In this document: positions 1-12,779 of the stretch, in pieces | Position numbering within the stretch: position 1 is the stretch's first letter | Layout: each line of letters starts with the position of its first letter | DNA from: Octopus sinensis | Taxonomy: Eukaryota | DNA: 64,000 bases | Assembly: GCF_006345805.1 (NCBI RefSeq) | Contig: NC_042999.1 | Coordinates: forward strand, 140,678,001 to 140,742,000 | Direction: 5' to 3' | The notes under the pieces: model-generated | What the model saw: only the letters and a program-made list of their open reading frames with translations | Databases searched by the model: none | Told to the model about the DNA's origin: nothing | Made by a program: the position numbers and the translations under genes

Positions 1-698
1 ACCATCCGATCGTGGCCGTCCGCCAGCCTCATCTGGCACCTGTGTCGGTGGCACATAAAAACACCATCCGAAGACCCGGCAAGACTAGTCAGGCCATAAC
101 CCGTGGCCCCTACCTGGGACGTAGTCAGTCCACCTGTGCATACCTTCCTTCTTGTGACACTTGTGAAGACCTGTTGAGGCAAGTGAAAATCAAATCAAAT
201 CAAAACAAATCAAAATAGATGAACATCAATGGAATTTGTATCTTTGTGGTACCAGTGCCGGTGGCACACAAGAAAATCATCCGAACGTGGCCGTAGCCAG
301 TACCGCATAGACTGGCCTCCGTGCTTTGGGGACGTAACAAACACCATCCGATCGTGGCCGTCCGCCAGCCTCATCTGGCACCTGTGTCGGTGGCACATAA
401 AAACACCATCCGAGCGTGGCCGTCTGCCAGCCTCGTCTGGCACCTGTGTCGGTGGCACATAAAAACACATCCGAGCATGGCCGTTCGCCAGCCTCGTCTG
501 GCACCTGTGTCGGTGGCACATAAAATCACCCACTACACTCTCGGAGTGGTTGGCGTTAGGAAGGGCATCCAGCTGTAGAAACACTGCCAGATCTGACTGG
601 CCTGGTGCAGCCTTCGGGCTCCCCAGACCCCAGTTGAACCGTCCAACCCATGCTAGCATGGAAAACGGACGCTAAATGATGATGATGATGATGATGAT
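1..698 (+). mobile_element. RTE-clade LINE 3' UTR (ORF2 end, ~60-bp tandem units, conserved 3' motif, (ATG)n tail)
   Basis: Motif GTGGTTGGCGTTAGGAAGGGCATCCAGCTGTAGAAAC and (ATG)n tail 677-698. The same UTR follows RTE ORF2 at 5140-5516 and 35450-35828. GAAGACCTGTTGAGGCAAG is shared with ~5235 and ~41680. Confidence 0.8.
339..525 (+). repeat. ~60-bp tandem repeat (3 near-identical units, another at 1-70) inside the RTE 3' UTR
   Basis: Unit AAAACACCATCCGAGCGTGGCCGTCTGCCAGCCTCGTCTGGCACCTGTGTCGGTGGCACAT repeated head-to-tail. Confidence 0.9.
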
Positions 699-1205
699 AC
701 AAAAAAGCAAATATATGTAACATACATTTATGAAATAAGCATAAATGAATAATTTTCATATATATAAGTATGGATGATTAATATACATATGTAAGATAAG
801 CATAGAATATCTTTTTCTGTCTCTTATTTAGTAACCTACCTATATACATACATACATACATGGTTGCAGCATGGAAGATTGCTGACTTCATTTAAACATT
901 TATTGTTTGTAATATGGTGTCAAAATTTTCGTTGCTCAAAACTGCAACTCAACCACTGACAAATGTGTGTTAGCAATATATGCTTAAGTGAAGATAATAG
1001 TTTTTGTGTTTCTGAATGGCTAACATGTGTCTTCCAAGCTGCAATCACTTTAGTTTCAACAAACAATCTCAGATCAAAACACTTACCATGCAAGTACACC
1101 TCCATCATCATCATCATTTAACATTTGTTGTCCAATGATGATGACGATGATGAAGACATATGTTAGCCGTTCAGAAACACACAAAAAATTGATAACTTCA
1201 CTTAA

Positions 1206-1240
<35 letters not shown>

Positions 1241-1243
<3 letters not shown>

Positions 1244-2283
1244 GATCAGGGGACCCTGTCAAAGGCTTTTTCCAAGTCAACAAAAGCCATGTACAGAGGT
1301 TTATCTTTGACTAGGTATTTCTCCTGCAGCTGCCTTACCAGAAATATAGCATCAGTGATGCTTCTCCCTGGCACAAAACCAAACTGCATCTCATCTACAC
1401 TAACTCTCTCCCTAATTAGTTGGGCTATGACTCTCTCCGTAACTTTCATCACCTGATCCAACAATTTAACACCTCTGTAATTATTTCTATCTAAGGCATC
1501 ACCTTTACCTTTGTAGCAGTTGACTATGATGTTGCTACACCAGTCATTGGGTATGACTCCTTCGTGAACCACCTGACTTATAATACAGGTGACTAGACCA
1601 TAACCTACACTGCAAGATATTTTTAGTACCTCAGCAGTGATTTGTGATGGGCCAGGTGCTTTCCCTGTCTTCATAACCTTAATTGCTTTATCTACCAAGG
1701 TACCATTGATTTGGGTAGCTGGTCCCTCAATTGTGTCAACATTTGGCAGACTCTCCTCCTCCCATTCATTCTCTACATTCAGCAGTCTTTCATAATGGCA
1801 TTTCCAAGTCTCTTTCTTTGCAGAATCATTAAATACAAGTGCACTGTCATCCATGCAGACACATTTCTCTCCTATGACATCACAATTTTCTCTCACACAC
1901 TGTCTTGCAATCCAAAACACTTTAGTTCTTTGGTACTCATGTCACCAAACATAGGCAAACTTCTTTTCTGCTTCTCCTTTGGCGAGATATACCTGTCTCC
2001 TAGCTTCCCTTCTGACTCTGTTACAGTTCCCTGCTACCCTCATTCTTCCAAGCTTTCTAGGTTTGCTTCTTTAATCTAAAGTATCGTTCCACCACCATGT
2101 TACCCTAGGTCTGGATGTGACTTTGCACCAGATGCAGATTTGGTCGGAGGCACTCAGCAAGCTGTCCCACAGGAATTCTCTGTTGCCCTCTATGTCACAA
2201 TTCTGTAGCTCCTCCTCCCTTTCATCAAATTTCTCAGTTAGGATGTCCTTAAATCTCTGACCATATGAAGGGTCCTTAAGCTT
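1241..2283 (-). mobile_element. RTE-clade LINE ORF2 fragment (EN-RT linker plus RT N-terminal domains)
   Basis: ORF 1920-1246 has KAPGPS, YKGKGDALDRNNYRGVKLLDQVMKV, QFGFVPGRSITDAIF, FVDLEKAFDRVP. Upstream linker has ..TWWWN..; cut off by a (TA)n tract at 1241. Confidence 0.92.
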
Positions 2284-2299
2284 TTATATATAAATCATC

Positions 2300-2680
2300 A
2301 TCACCATCATCATTTAACAGCATACTAGCCTCATTCATTTCTAACTTTCACACATTCTCTGCATTCAGGGCCCATATCTCACTATCATGTTGAATTGCTG
2401 TCTGTAGACTTGCATAATTCAGTCTTCCTTTCACTTGGAAAGAGAAACCTTTTATAGCCAACAGAGGTCCTCCATCCTATTCTTATTCTAGCTATCACAC
2501 TCTCCATGCATCGCTCCCCATTACTAATTTGGTCTCCTTGGTGACAAAAATGATCTACTATCTCTAATGAGCCACCAGGGCATTTGAGAGTATCAATTTC
2601 CCAAGTATCTAGAGTTTTCATGGATCCTGTGCATCTTCCACATATGAACACTAGCTTCTCTGATAATCTTCTTATTAACC
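2300..2680 (-). mobile_element. Degraded RTE ORF2 C-terminal fragment
   Basis: Translation FICGRCTG..LKCPGGSLEIVDHFCHQGDQISNGERCMESVIARIRIGW is homologous to 4480-4660 and 12780-12960. Confidence 0.75.
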
Positions 2681-3759
2681 CACTGCACCTCTCTCTATAT
2701 ATTATGCATATATATAAGTTTTTGTACATTTTATATGTGCAGACACACACATATACACAAATTACATACTCACAATGCAAATTTACACATATATATTATG
2801 AGTATTTATGCAATTTGATGCATGTGATTAAATCTATATATACAAATGTTTATATGTATGTGCATGTATATGAATATCTATGCATAAGTTCAGTAATGCA
2901 GTGTATTTAAAAGATGTATACACACACACACTTGTATAAATGTATCCATTTATTTTGTATATGTTTGATTAAAACAGCATCTGATTCATCATGCTTCTAT
3001 ATTTTTTGTATTTACTTATTAATTTTCAAGTTGTTATTGAAAGCTTTTCTATAAGTTTTTACTGATACATTATATCAATGTTTGAAGTCCACATAACTCG
3101 ATCATCTGAATATTCAGCCTTATCCTGTTTATCTGCACTTTTTGTATCCAGATTTGTATTAGAGGGTAGTGATTGCTGAAATGGAATTAATGGAAATGTT
3201 TTAATCTATCCTTGATGTATCTTTTTTGCCTTCTTCAAAATTTATAGCGCATTTGAGAAATTATCATTTATTATAAGACATAACATTGTGTTGATAGTAT
3301 TACATATTCTCACATTTATGTATTAATAGTTGCAATATCATTGGCATTGTAGTACAGAGCACAGTTATGCTATGACTGTTTCTGTTGCAACACATATCAT
3401 CTATGTTTCAACATATAACCAAGTCCCTGCCTAAACAAATATAACACCTAAACATCTAAAATATTTTCTGTTATTCTCAGTACTGCAATGATCCTTTGCT
3501 GGTGAAGCATAGTTATCTCACTGGAAATGTGGTATAAGTTTCTCCACACATTTCATGTACACTGAAAGCTATATTTCATGTCAGTTTTAAATGTTATTTC
3601 TGTGTTATACTAATTGTAATTATGATGTCTATGTCTTCATTGGGGAATGATTTATACGATATATTGGTACATGAATTTTGCAGTTCTGTCACATAATTTT
3701 TTCTTAATGAAAACTTGTACATTTTAAATTTAGTATCTGGTTCAGATAAATGAAAAAGT

Positions 3760-5516
3760 AAAGTCACGGAGAGGGTCATAGCCCAACTAATTAGGGAGAG
3801 AGTCAGTTTAGACAAGATGCAGTTTGGGTTTGTGCCAGGGAAAAGCACCACTGATGCTATATTTCTGGCAAGACAGCTGCAGGAGAAATACCTAGCCAAA
3901 TATAAACCTCTGTACCTGGCTTTCACTGACATGGAGAAGGCCTTTGGCAGGGTCTCCTGATTCCTTATCTAGTGGTCAATGCAGAAACTAGGGATAGATG
4001 AGTGGTTAGTGAGAGCTGTACAAGCCATGTACAGGGATGCTGTCAGTAAGCCGAGGGTTAGCAAGGAGTACAGTGAAGAATTACGGGTAGGGGAGGGCCC
4101 ACCAAGAATCAGTCCTCATTCCCCTCTTATTCATCATAGTCCTCCAGGCAATAACAGAGGAATTCAAAACAGGATGCCCCTGGGAGCTCCTCTAAGCTGA
4201 TGACCTTGCTCTAATTGCTGAGACACTATCAGAACTAGAGTAGAAGTTTCAGGTGTGGAGGCAAGGTCTAGAATTGAAGGGCCTTAGAGTCAATTTAGCA
4301 AAAACCAAAGGCTTAATAAGTAGGAAGGCAGACAAACCACAAATCCCTTCAGGTAGATGGCCCTGCTCAATCTGTAGAAAAGGCATAGGTAGAAACTCCA
4401 TAAGATGTACAGGGTGTAAGCTATGGACATAAGAGGTGCAGCAATATCAAAGGAAGGCTAACTGGGAAGGTAGTTTTTGTGTGTGGCAAATGCAAAGGAG
4501 CAATAAACACTGAAAATGTGCAGAAAACAGCTTCCGTCACATTCCAGGGACAAAAACTACAAGTAGTTGATAACTTCCATTACCTAGGTGACCAAGTCAG
4601 TAGCAGGGGTGGATGCTTTAAAAGTGTAGCTGCTAGAAAAAGAATAGCCTGGGCAAAGTTAACAGAGCTCCTACCTCTGCTGGTGATAAAGGGCCTCTCG
4701 CTCAGAGTAAAAGGTAGACTGTATGATGCATGTGTGTGAACTGCCATGCTACATGGCAGTGAAACATGGGCCATGACTGCTGAGGAGATGCGTAAGTTTT
4801 CAAGGAATGAAGCTAGTATGCTCCGCTGGATGTGTAATGTCAGTGTGCATGCATGACAGAGTGTAAGCACCCTGAGAGAAAAGTTGGACATAAGAAGCAT
4901 CAGATGTGGTGTGCAAGAAAGACAACTGCACTGGTATGGTCATGTGCTGCGTATGTATGAGGACTGCTGTGTGAAAAAGTGTCACACCCTAGCAGTAGAG
5001 GAAATCTATGAAAGAGGTAGACCCAGGAAGACCTGGAATGAGGTGGTGAAGCACGACATTTGAATGCTGGGCCTCACCAAAGCGATGACAAGTGACCGAG
5101 ACCTTTGGAGATATGCTGTGGTTGAGAAGACTTGGTAAACCAAGTGAGACCGTAACCGTGACCTATGTCAGTGCAGCATAACCAGCCCATTTAAGAGCAC
5201 CCTTTAATCATTGGGCAATAAACTGCGCTTGTGAAGACCTGTTGAGGCAAGTTGTTGTTGTGGCCAATGACAATACTGCCTAATTGGTCCCGTGCTGGTG
5301 GCATGTGAAAAGCACCATTCGAGTGTGGTTGATGCCAGTACTGCCTGATTGGTCTCGTGCTGGTGGCACGTAAAAAGCACCATTCAAGCGTGGTTGATGC
5401 CAGTGCCGGCTGACTGGTCTCGTGCAGGTGGCATATAAAAAACACCCACTACACTCTCAGAGTGGCCAGCATTAGGAAGGGCATCCAGTTGTAGAAACTT
5501 TGCCGGATCAGAATGG
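3760..5516 (+). mobile_element. 5'-truncated RTE LINE: RT, PHD-like finger, C-terminal domain and 3' UTR (stops and frameshifts)
   Basis: KVTERVIAQLIRERVSLDKMQFGFVPGKSTTDAIF, PWELL*ADDL, C4HC3 motif 4364-4493, YLGDQVS, LHGSETW, LHWYGHV, GRPRKTW; the UTR carries the repeat units and the AGGAAGGGCATCCAG motif. Confidence 0.92.
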
Positions 5517-5716
5517 AGCCAGATGGATAACTGATCAGCCAACCACTCTTAGAAGAAAAAAAAAAAAAATAAATAAATAAATAAAAGCAATAACAGGCCC
5601 CAAAACAAAGAGATATTCAAAATGTACAATGTTGGTCATGGCATGTGGATCATAGGAAAAAGTTGTCATAAATCTAGATAAGAATACCATGTGTGTATCC
5701 ATACACATACATATAT

Positions 5717-5813
5717 ATAGTTGATAAAAGAAACGGTGAATGGATTTAGTATGAATCGTTATTCATACTAAAGATTCATACTAAATCCACCTTCTGTTTC
5801 CTTTATCAATTAT
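5717..5813. mobile_element. ~97-bp palindromic mini-MITE/hairpin
   Basis: ~41-bp arms ATAGTTGATAAAAGAAACGGTGAATGGATTTAGTATGAATC / GATTCATACTAAATCCACCTTCTGTTTCCTTTATCAATTAT in a TA context. Confidence 0.65.
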
Positions 5814-5941
5814 AAACTCAACAAACACTGCGGATTTCCTGACATAGATCCAGTGAAAATTATATCATAATTGTGGATGACATCAGGTAGCCCAAACTGT
5901 GAATGTATTTTAATTGACATATACCCAAAGTCCAAGCAGCA

Positions 5942-6027
<86 letters not shown>

Positions 6028-6036
6028 TATATATGT

Positions 6037-6375
6037 GTGAAGGCACATGGCTCAGTAGTTAGAGCATCGGCCTTATGACCGTGAGGTTGTGAGTTTGAAT
6101 CCCGGACTGGGCTGCATGTTGTATTCTTGAGCAAGACACTTTATTTCAAGTTGCTCCAGTTCACTCAGCTGTAGAAATGAGTTGTAACATAACTGATGCC
6201 AAGCTGTATCACCCTTTGCCTTTCTCTTGGATAACATCGGTGGCATGAGGAGGGGAGGCTGGTATGCATGGATGACTACTGGTCTTCCATAAACAACCTT
6301 GTTCGGACTTGTCCCTAGGAGGGTAACTTTCTAGGTGCAATCCCATGGTCATTCGTGACTGAAGGGGGGGGGTCC
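6037..6375 (+). mobile_element. tRNA-derived SINE
   Basis: A-box-like TGGCTCAGTAGTTAG and B-box-like GTTTGAATCCC, followed by the TTCTTGAGCAAGACACTT central motif; inserted in a (GT)n(AT)n tract. Confidence 0.75.
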
Positions 6376-6850
6376 TAATAAATATATATATATATATATA
6401 TATACACAGAATACACAAGCACTCACATATAGCTGACACTAAAAGAAAATGCTAAAATAGCTGTATTTAAACTTGAATGTATTACTTTGACCATAGCTGG
6501 TAAAGATGTATGAATTGAATACACCAAACATTATTTCTTCCATCCTCCAAAAATATATATATGACTCTCCCTTTCTATTGTATTTCCTAACAACTAACAA
6601 TGATGAAAAGTACACTGGCTAGTGTAATACTTGTGACCATGGTGGCATGATTTTGATTAAAGATCTGCCCAATAAGAACTAACTTGGGGTTAAAAGCTAC
6701 TGTTCAAACTTAGCAAATCATTTGTGTGACCTCATTCTTTAGCAACAGTGCATTTAGTCTGAAAGTACAAAATTAACTACATATCAGTCTCACCTACATA
6801 CTTGCTAGAAACAGCAGCCAAATCTTCACATCATACCCTACCATTTAAAT

Positions 6851-7150
6851 CAGTGATTCCCAAATTTTTTTGGGCTGCCACCCCCTTAACATCCAGGCCA
6901 CATTCCTACTGCCCCCACCCCAACTAACCATCACAAATATAAACTTCTTTCTAAATTCAAAGCGACTGTATTTCACAAATAAAACCTAATGGACCCATTA
7001 TTTTGTTGTTTTTACATGAACTGCCATCCCATTATTGCCCCAACTTTTACATGAATCGCTACCCCATCATCGCCCCACTTTTCTGCAATACTCCCTTGGA
7101 ACTTTCCACTGCCTCCAGCGGGGTAATACTGCCCACTTTGAGAACCACTG
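6851..7150. mobile_element. hAT (Charlie-like) MITE, 300 bp
   Basis: TIRs CAGTGATTCCCAAA / TTTGAGAACCACTG; perfect 8-bp TSD ATTTAAAT at 6843-6850 and 7151-7158. Confidence 0.88.
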
Positions 7151-8429
7151 ATTTAAATGATAGCACGATACACTGGATAATATTACCTTAAGCAAACTGT
7201 GTCTGAATAATAAGATGGGATGGTCACAGCTTGAATGGCTTTGATCATAAACCTGCTTGATCAAGGTTGACTTGGAGCTAAACAATAACAGTAAATTTAG
7301 GCTGCTAATTTCCGTATAAGTATTCCTCTTGTCATACAATCTACCTTTTGTTGGTAATAGTCTCAGTCAGCTCTTCATTTGAGTCCATCATCTGCTCCTG
7401 TAGTATTGTCAAGATACAAATGCATTCTACTTCCCAAAATATAATACCTACATAAAACCCCTATACCAATTTAGATCACAAGCTTGTTAAGAGGCAAAAA
7501 CTTTGCCCTTTGTTAACATCAAACTTAGATCTGTTTCAGTTTACTGATCACTAACTGAGAAAATTAGTTTCAGATGCTAATCTTGTTAGTTTTAGTTTTA
7601 TTGTGGTTGCTGTTACATTCATTCATTATTTTTTTTCCACTATTGTTATAATTTATGCTGTTCTTCGCATAGTTGATACTGCTATTAACGCAAACATTGC
7701 TACTGCCACAGCTTTTGACAATGGTGCTAGTAGTGCCAGTCTTGGTGCTGTTGCTAACATTGTTGCTACTAAAACTTAACATTTTCACTGTTGGCATCTA
7801 TAACCAGACATTCCTAGGTTTTGTCGTCTTTATCTCATAATTCAACTTTCATATCTTATTAGTACTCCTAGAAATATGCCTGACAGGAAAATCACACAAA
7901 AATTTTGAAAATATTTTACACAAACTGCAACACACTAAATTATTTAGAATATTATGTTTTAAAACCGATAAAAATTTATACTATTTTTTTCCATCACCAA
8001 AAGTTGCACTTGATGTAACTCACTGAAACCTGTATAATCAATCTGGAAATCAATAAAATATTTCTTTTGATCAGGCAAAATTTGAGTTTCAAAATATTGC
8101 CATAAAACAACTGTCAAGTACCAATATGTACCAAACTGAATATTATATACATTTAATCTAACTTGCTATCACTTTTGTGCACACAATCCCTTGCTTGGCA
8201 ATGATAATTGGGAAACTCACACACAGACATATATGTATGGATGTATGTATATACATACACACATACCTAAGTATTTATGAAAATATAACATACAAAGATA
8301 CTGTGAACAAAGATAATTAACCAGAGGCTATTATACCAAACTAAAAAGGTATGTCAGTTAGGGTTTCCTTTTACAACACAATATCCCACAATGCATTTAC
8401 AGTATCCATACTGATACCCATATAAGGCA

Positions 8430-8730
8430 TATACAGATGGTCTATAGAGCAAATCCACTCCATAGACATTAAAACCTACAAGATCCTGACATCAACAGCA
8501 AATTTCTGCAAAGACAGTGATATTGACACTCTCAGAAAGCTTAAGATCACTACAGACAGCTTTCAAGTGCCATGTCACATAACTCAGACAGTACCTGCTT
8601 AACAATGGCAGCAAAAATAAATACATCAACCAAGCGCTTGAAATTGAAGTAAATAACATCTTGTAGATTAAAAGTGAACTCAAGAAACACACACTTTATA
8701 ATGACCTCCCATATGAATCCTGAAGGGATT
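8430..8730 (+). pseudogene. Possible ancient Penelope-like element RT/GIY-YIG linker remnant
   Basis: One frame reads L*SKSTP..S*HQQQI..LRQYLLNNGSKNKYINQAL, resembling the PLE post-RT motif YxKPT..SxHP..LxxxLxxNGYPxxxIxxA; heavily degraded. Confidence 0.3.
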
Positions 8731-11700
8731 CATATAGATGGGTCTAGAGCTCAGCACCTCACACTGAGTCAAACCAGAATACTTGATGAAATAATTTTTG
8801 TAACATCTTGTTGATCTATTCTAAACACTGAGAGGGTGAAACAGTAATTTATAAATGACAAATACAGGAAGAAGAAAGGGATAGTTTTAAGAATATAAAA
8901 ATCAAACTACTAACACAACAAATAGTGTCCACATTTTTTGACTTGCTCAAGACTGGGATATGGCAGAAGTAACAGTGGAGCTGAGAATATTGAAAAATAT
9001 TGTTGATCCAACCTAATTTCAACATTTTCCACATGTAATTATGTACACAAACTGCCTCTGAAAGGTTCCCAGCATGGTGAGGTGATATGTGCAAGTGTTC
9101 ATAAAACACTAAAAGGTAGGAAATAATCATGGTGATGGGGCTGTGAGCTATTGACTCTTTTGTAGGAGACTTGCATCTTAACAAGCAATATAGAAGTTAA
9201 AAAAAAGGAAATAACTGTAGTTGCAAATTTAATTTTTTTTTACTTAAAAAATAACAAAATAAATTAAAATTTGACTAAATTACATTCAAACTTAGTTTCA
9301 GTGATCATTCCAACACCTAGTACACTCAGCATTTGGCCATAATGTCAACGTACGACTCAACTATAGAAATCAATAATGTCAATACAGTTTCAAATGTAGA
9401 ATCTTGTAAAATTGTATATGAAAATTGTACAAGAAATAGTATATGGCAGCAAGAAGTAGTAATGGTGATGATAATGATAGTTCTTTTCACCTCCCTGCGA
9501 ACCATGTTAATTTTAAACATACATTCTATAAAATGGACGGAATAATAGGAACAAATTGCTAGAAACAGTAATTAATACTGTTGAACAGGAGAGATAAAAG
9601 GAGAGGAAATCATTATCACCTTATTATTGTTAAAAACCAAATAGTTGTAGGACTCCTGGTACATGTTAAATGAGAAGAATATTGAAGATGCAGTTTCAAA
9701 ACTGCAGTTAACCCAAATCTAGGTACATATATTACATATATATTATCAGCATTACAACTAACTATAATTCACATCACACTTTGCAGCCATCAACTTTACA
9801 CAATCAATTAGGATGAGGAAGCTTTTGCAATATCAACATTTACAACAGAGAAATGTTTCAACTGACTGGTGTTAAATTTCAGACTTCAAGCTTTGAGTTA
9901 GAAGATGATATAATACATGAATGGAGTGGTAGTGATGATGACAGGATATATTTAGCAGTTGGCTGTAGAATAAATTTTGCATAACTATCAAAAGAATTTT
10001 TAAGAAAACAATTATTGATTCCTAATAACTGAAATGTTTGCTATTAAGGAACAAAGGGACCCAAAATTAATTCTCCCAATCCTAAAATGATAAACAACAG
10101 GACAGAATTTCAGAAGTTTGGTTGTCTGACAAACCTGTCTGGTGGATTAGTAAATACTGACTGGACTATTCATGTTGTTTCTATTTACACCATGTATAAT
10201 CAATTTTCTGTTTTCAGATCCAATAATTTTCTGCATAAATTTCCTTCAGCAGAATTACTACTGACATTGTTTCATCATGGATGTGGGATGTCATTTTTAC
10301 ATTAAAGTAGCCATTTTTATATTAAGCCATTAAAAACCATTTAAACATCTCATGACAAGAAAAAGGACTTAAAGGATTGCTAATGAAAGGAAAAAAATAT
10401 TCCATGCTGTAACTGGTATAATGCTGAAATATAACTTTGATAAAAATCAATAGTGTTTGTATTCTGTGTGTTTTCATGGATTCTTGAAGAAGGAAGGAAT
10501 GAGATATTGATGACTTTTTAAATCCACTATATTAAATATGATGCTGATGATAGTTTCTGATTTAGGTATACAAGTAACTTGATTGGTACTTTATTTTATC
10601 AACTCCAGGAGGAAGGAAGGAAGGAAGGAGGAGACAGACATGTTTGAGAAATTTGTTTGAGAAATTGGAATTGACATGAAAGTAGAAAATGCTTAGAAAA
10701 CTGCTTTATTGGGGACAGTGAGGATCTTGAGATTGGTACTTGGGTGTAAAGTATCATGGGGAGAGACCCTGCAAGACCTTTGACAACAGGTTGCTGTCAG
10801 CTCTTACAGAATTAACCAGAGCAAGTGAAATGGAAATAATAATAACATGATTTCTAACATGGATAAAAGGTCAAAAATTTGTGGGGATAAAAGAAATTAA
10901 ATAAAAGCTAAAACTTCATAACTGTTTGTCTGTCAACATAGGAAGGATGAAAAACAAATTCAGCCTCATCTCTACATTAAGTACTGTTGTCAATTTAATT
11001 GACTATAACCGCTTACCAAATTTGTGGCCTTATGCATATATTAGATAATATTTTGTTCTATTTGGTTATAATCCTTTATTCTGAGTTCAAAAAACATCCA
11101 TGTCTACTTTGCCTTTCATCTACCCAAGAATTTATTTTGATAAAGTAAGTTATGTGGTAGATGTAACCACTTATACCTTAAGACAATGTCCCAGCATGGA
11201 CACAATCTGCAACTAGTAAAATAATAAAAGAACTATTATCATTTTTACTTTTACTAAAAAGGCAATGGATGACAGAATTCATAGTGTTAGACAAATCAAC
11301 TGTGATGTTTAATTTGTTCTTAGTTTATATCCAGCTTTACTCGAGGGTTTATAAAATATGTTGTCAACTGTGCCCTCTACTAGAATTTGTGTGTTGAGAA
11401 AATGCTAGAAATCCTTATGATAATTATATTATAAGCACTGTAATCACTGCAAAACACTTGGTAAGTTTCTGATGAAATGAGTCTATAACCCTTTTGATTC
11501 TTTGTCATAAGTTTTTCACACGATCAAAAAATAGCCTTAGGGAAGCATAAACATCAAAACTTTCACTGTTTACATGAAGTCAAGAATGCTGATTATCTAA
11601 ATATTTTTGTTTTGTATGGAAGATAAGAGCAATAAGTTAAATGTGAGAAGCATCTCAACTAACCTACAAGGACCCAGTAGATAAGGTGAAAGTAATTTTG

Positions 11701-12779
11701 CAATCTGAAGTAAACTTAGCTGAATAAGAGATTGAAAACATTTCAACCATTCTTATAAATCATATATCTGATCAGTCATCAAATAACTTAAAGTGACAAA
11801 TGTCTCAACTAATCTACAAGAATTCAGAAATAAGGTAAAACTAGTTTTACAATCTAATGCAAGCTTAGTTGCATAAAAGACGTTGAGGTCATTTCAACCT
11901 TTCTTATAAATTACAAACCTGATAAGTTATCAATAATTGAATAGTAAATGACTTCTTGGGTGCACAAAAGTTCATAAGTTTATAACTTGACTAATTTCAC
12001 AAAGTTAAGTAGACAATGGATAAATCTCATCCCAAATAAGATACATGTCTATCACAGATGACCTTCCTAGTAGATGTGCTATTTTTTTCTGATAATTAGT
12101 TATACTGAGCTGAGGCAAGCAGAACATGCAGTTTCAAATGGCAGCTAAAATATCAACAAACAATATAGTTCTGACATGGTGGTTTTAACAGTGAAGTTTT
12201 ATGAAAAAAGTAAAAAAGCACATAAAATGGGATGGAAAATAAGAAATTTTTCATATTAAATTTTACTCTGGGATATGCTCATTATGAGTTCATAAATAAT
12301 ATAAATTTCCTTAGATACACAAGATAGATGTAAATGTTAGTCAGTAAAAGACGGACTAACTATAATCATTGTGAGATTACATAAACATAACAGATGTTTA
12401 CATCTACCTTATGTATCTAATAAATTATTTAATTCAGGAATGTAGTGACAGCTAAAAGTTTTGGGTATAACTCATATCTCTTCCTCCTCTAAATCATACC
12501 TAGTGTCTTGAAAGTATTGTTCAGTGTGGTCCTATATACATTGTGTACAATAAAACAGAATGGTCTTAACTGGAACATTTTTGATCTTAAATCTATTTGG
12601 TTAGAGTTAACCTGTAGCTAAACAGCATAACTATTTTTACCTTTATAATACAACTAGGGCTGACATATTGGTAGTCAAAAACAGAAAACAAAGTAAATTT
12701 CTTCAGGAATAAACTAATCAACATCCAAGGAATCTCCAAACACAAGAGGTGTGATGGAATCATAGGAAGGTTAACAGAG

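Noticed and set aside
339-525. Regular ~60-bp repeats as a CRISPR-like array
   Set aside because: Units are contiguous without unique spacers and sit in a eukaryotic LINE 3' UTR; no cas genes
6037-6115. tRNA-like sequence as a tRNA gene
   Set aside because: No complete cloverleaf; continues into a SINE body
5810-6134. ORFs rich in YI/HT/CV dipeptides (also near 30500, 36130-36700, 46600, 58230, 63660)
   Set aside because: Translations of (TA)n/(CA)n microsatellites
7500-7540. Minus-strand FDV.. as the Cav1 IS4 exon
   Set aside because: Continues NKGQSF, not KALRAFRVLRPLR
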